A stretch of 64,000 nt of DNA, taken from NCBI GenBank assembly GCA_002415025.1, contig DIBR01000014.1, forward strand, positions 4,520 through 68,519, given 5' to 3'. Of the stretch, positions 63,786-64,000 are shown one piece after another; the stretch's first letter is position 1, and every line of letters starts with the position of its first letter. The notes beneath the pieces were generated by a model that had not been told where the DNA came from, ran no database searches, and saw only the letters and a list, made by a program, of their open reading frames with translations. The stretch is from Spongiibacteraceae bacterium UBA5047 (GTDB taxonomy: Bacteria > Pseudomonadota > Gammaproteobacteria > Pseudomonadales > Spongiibacteraceae). A program made the translations under genes and the position numbers.

Positions 63786-64000
63786 TTCGCCGCAAAGCCA
63801 CCGCTCTAAAAAAAGTGTTACCGCACAACAACGCTTTCGACCCCGTTTTGTCGCCTGAGAGGTAACAGGTTACTATTTTAAGCAGTGCCGGGTAACAATT
63901 ATTCACAAGACTCTCATGCGGTTAAAATTTATTCAGAATCAGCCTCCCTCTTAACCAGTCGCTTTATGAACACTCCATAACTATATGTATTTATTATAAT

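Overview
Chromosomal window from a Gammaproteobacterium. Gene content and order suggest a marine Cellvibrionales-like organism (inference). The right third (43.5-64 kb) is core genome: recA, mutS, fdxA, rpoS, nlpD, pcm, truD, ispF, ispD, ftsB, eno, kdsA, pyrG, suhB, tRNA-Asp, tRNA-Val and queD. The left two-thirds is accessory and has two parts. (i) About 1-36 kb is an uptake and catabolism region: three TonB-dependent receptors, two paralogous Cys-type sulfatases, an alkylsulfatase, a sulfotransferase, a KshA-like Rieske oxygenase, a ketosteroid isomerase, a BVMO, an acyl-CoA ligase, a DUF3604 protein, two paralogous uncharacterised exported proteins, and an octaheme cytochrome missed by the ORF track. 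Together these resemble a steroid or lipid-sulfate utilisation locus. (ii) About 36-43.4 kb is a co-oriented integron-type cassette array with attC sites but no integrase in the window. It begins directly downstream of LexA-controlled recA, is headed by a putative nuclease, and is preceded by a candidate promoter and a translationally coupled leader ORF. A 255-bp diverged tandem duplication at 7.6-8.2 kb looks like a recombination scar between two strain alleles.
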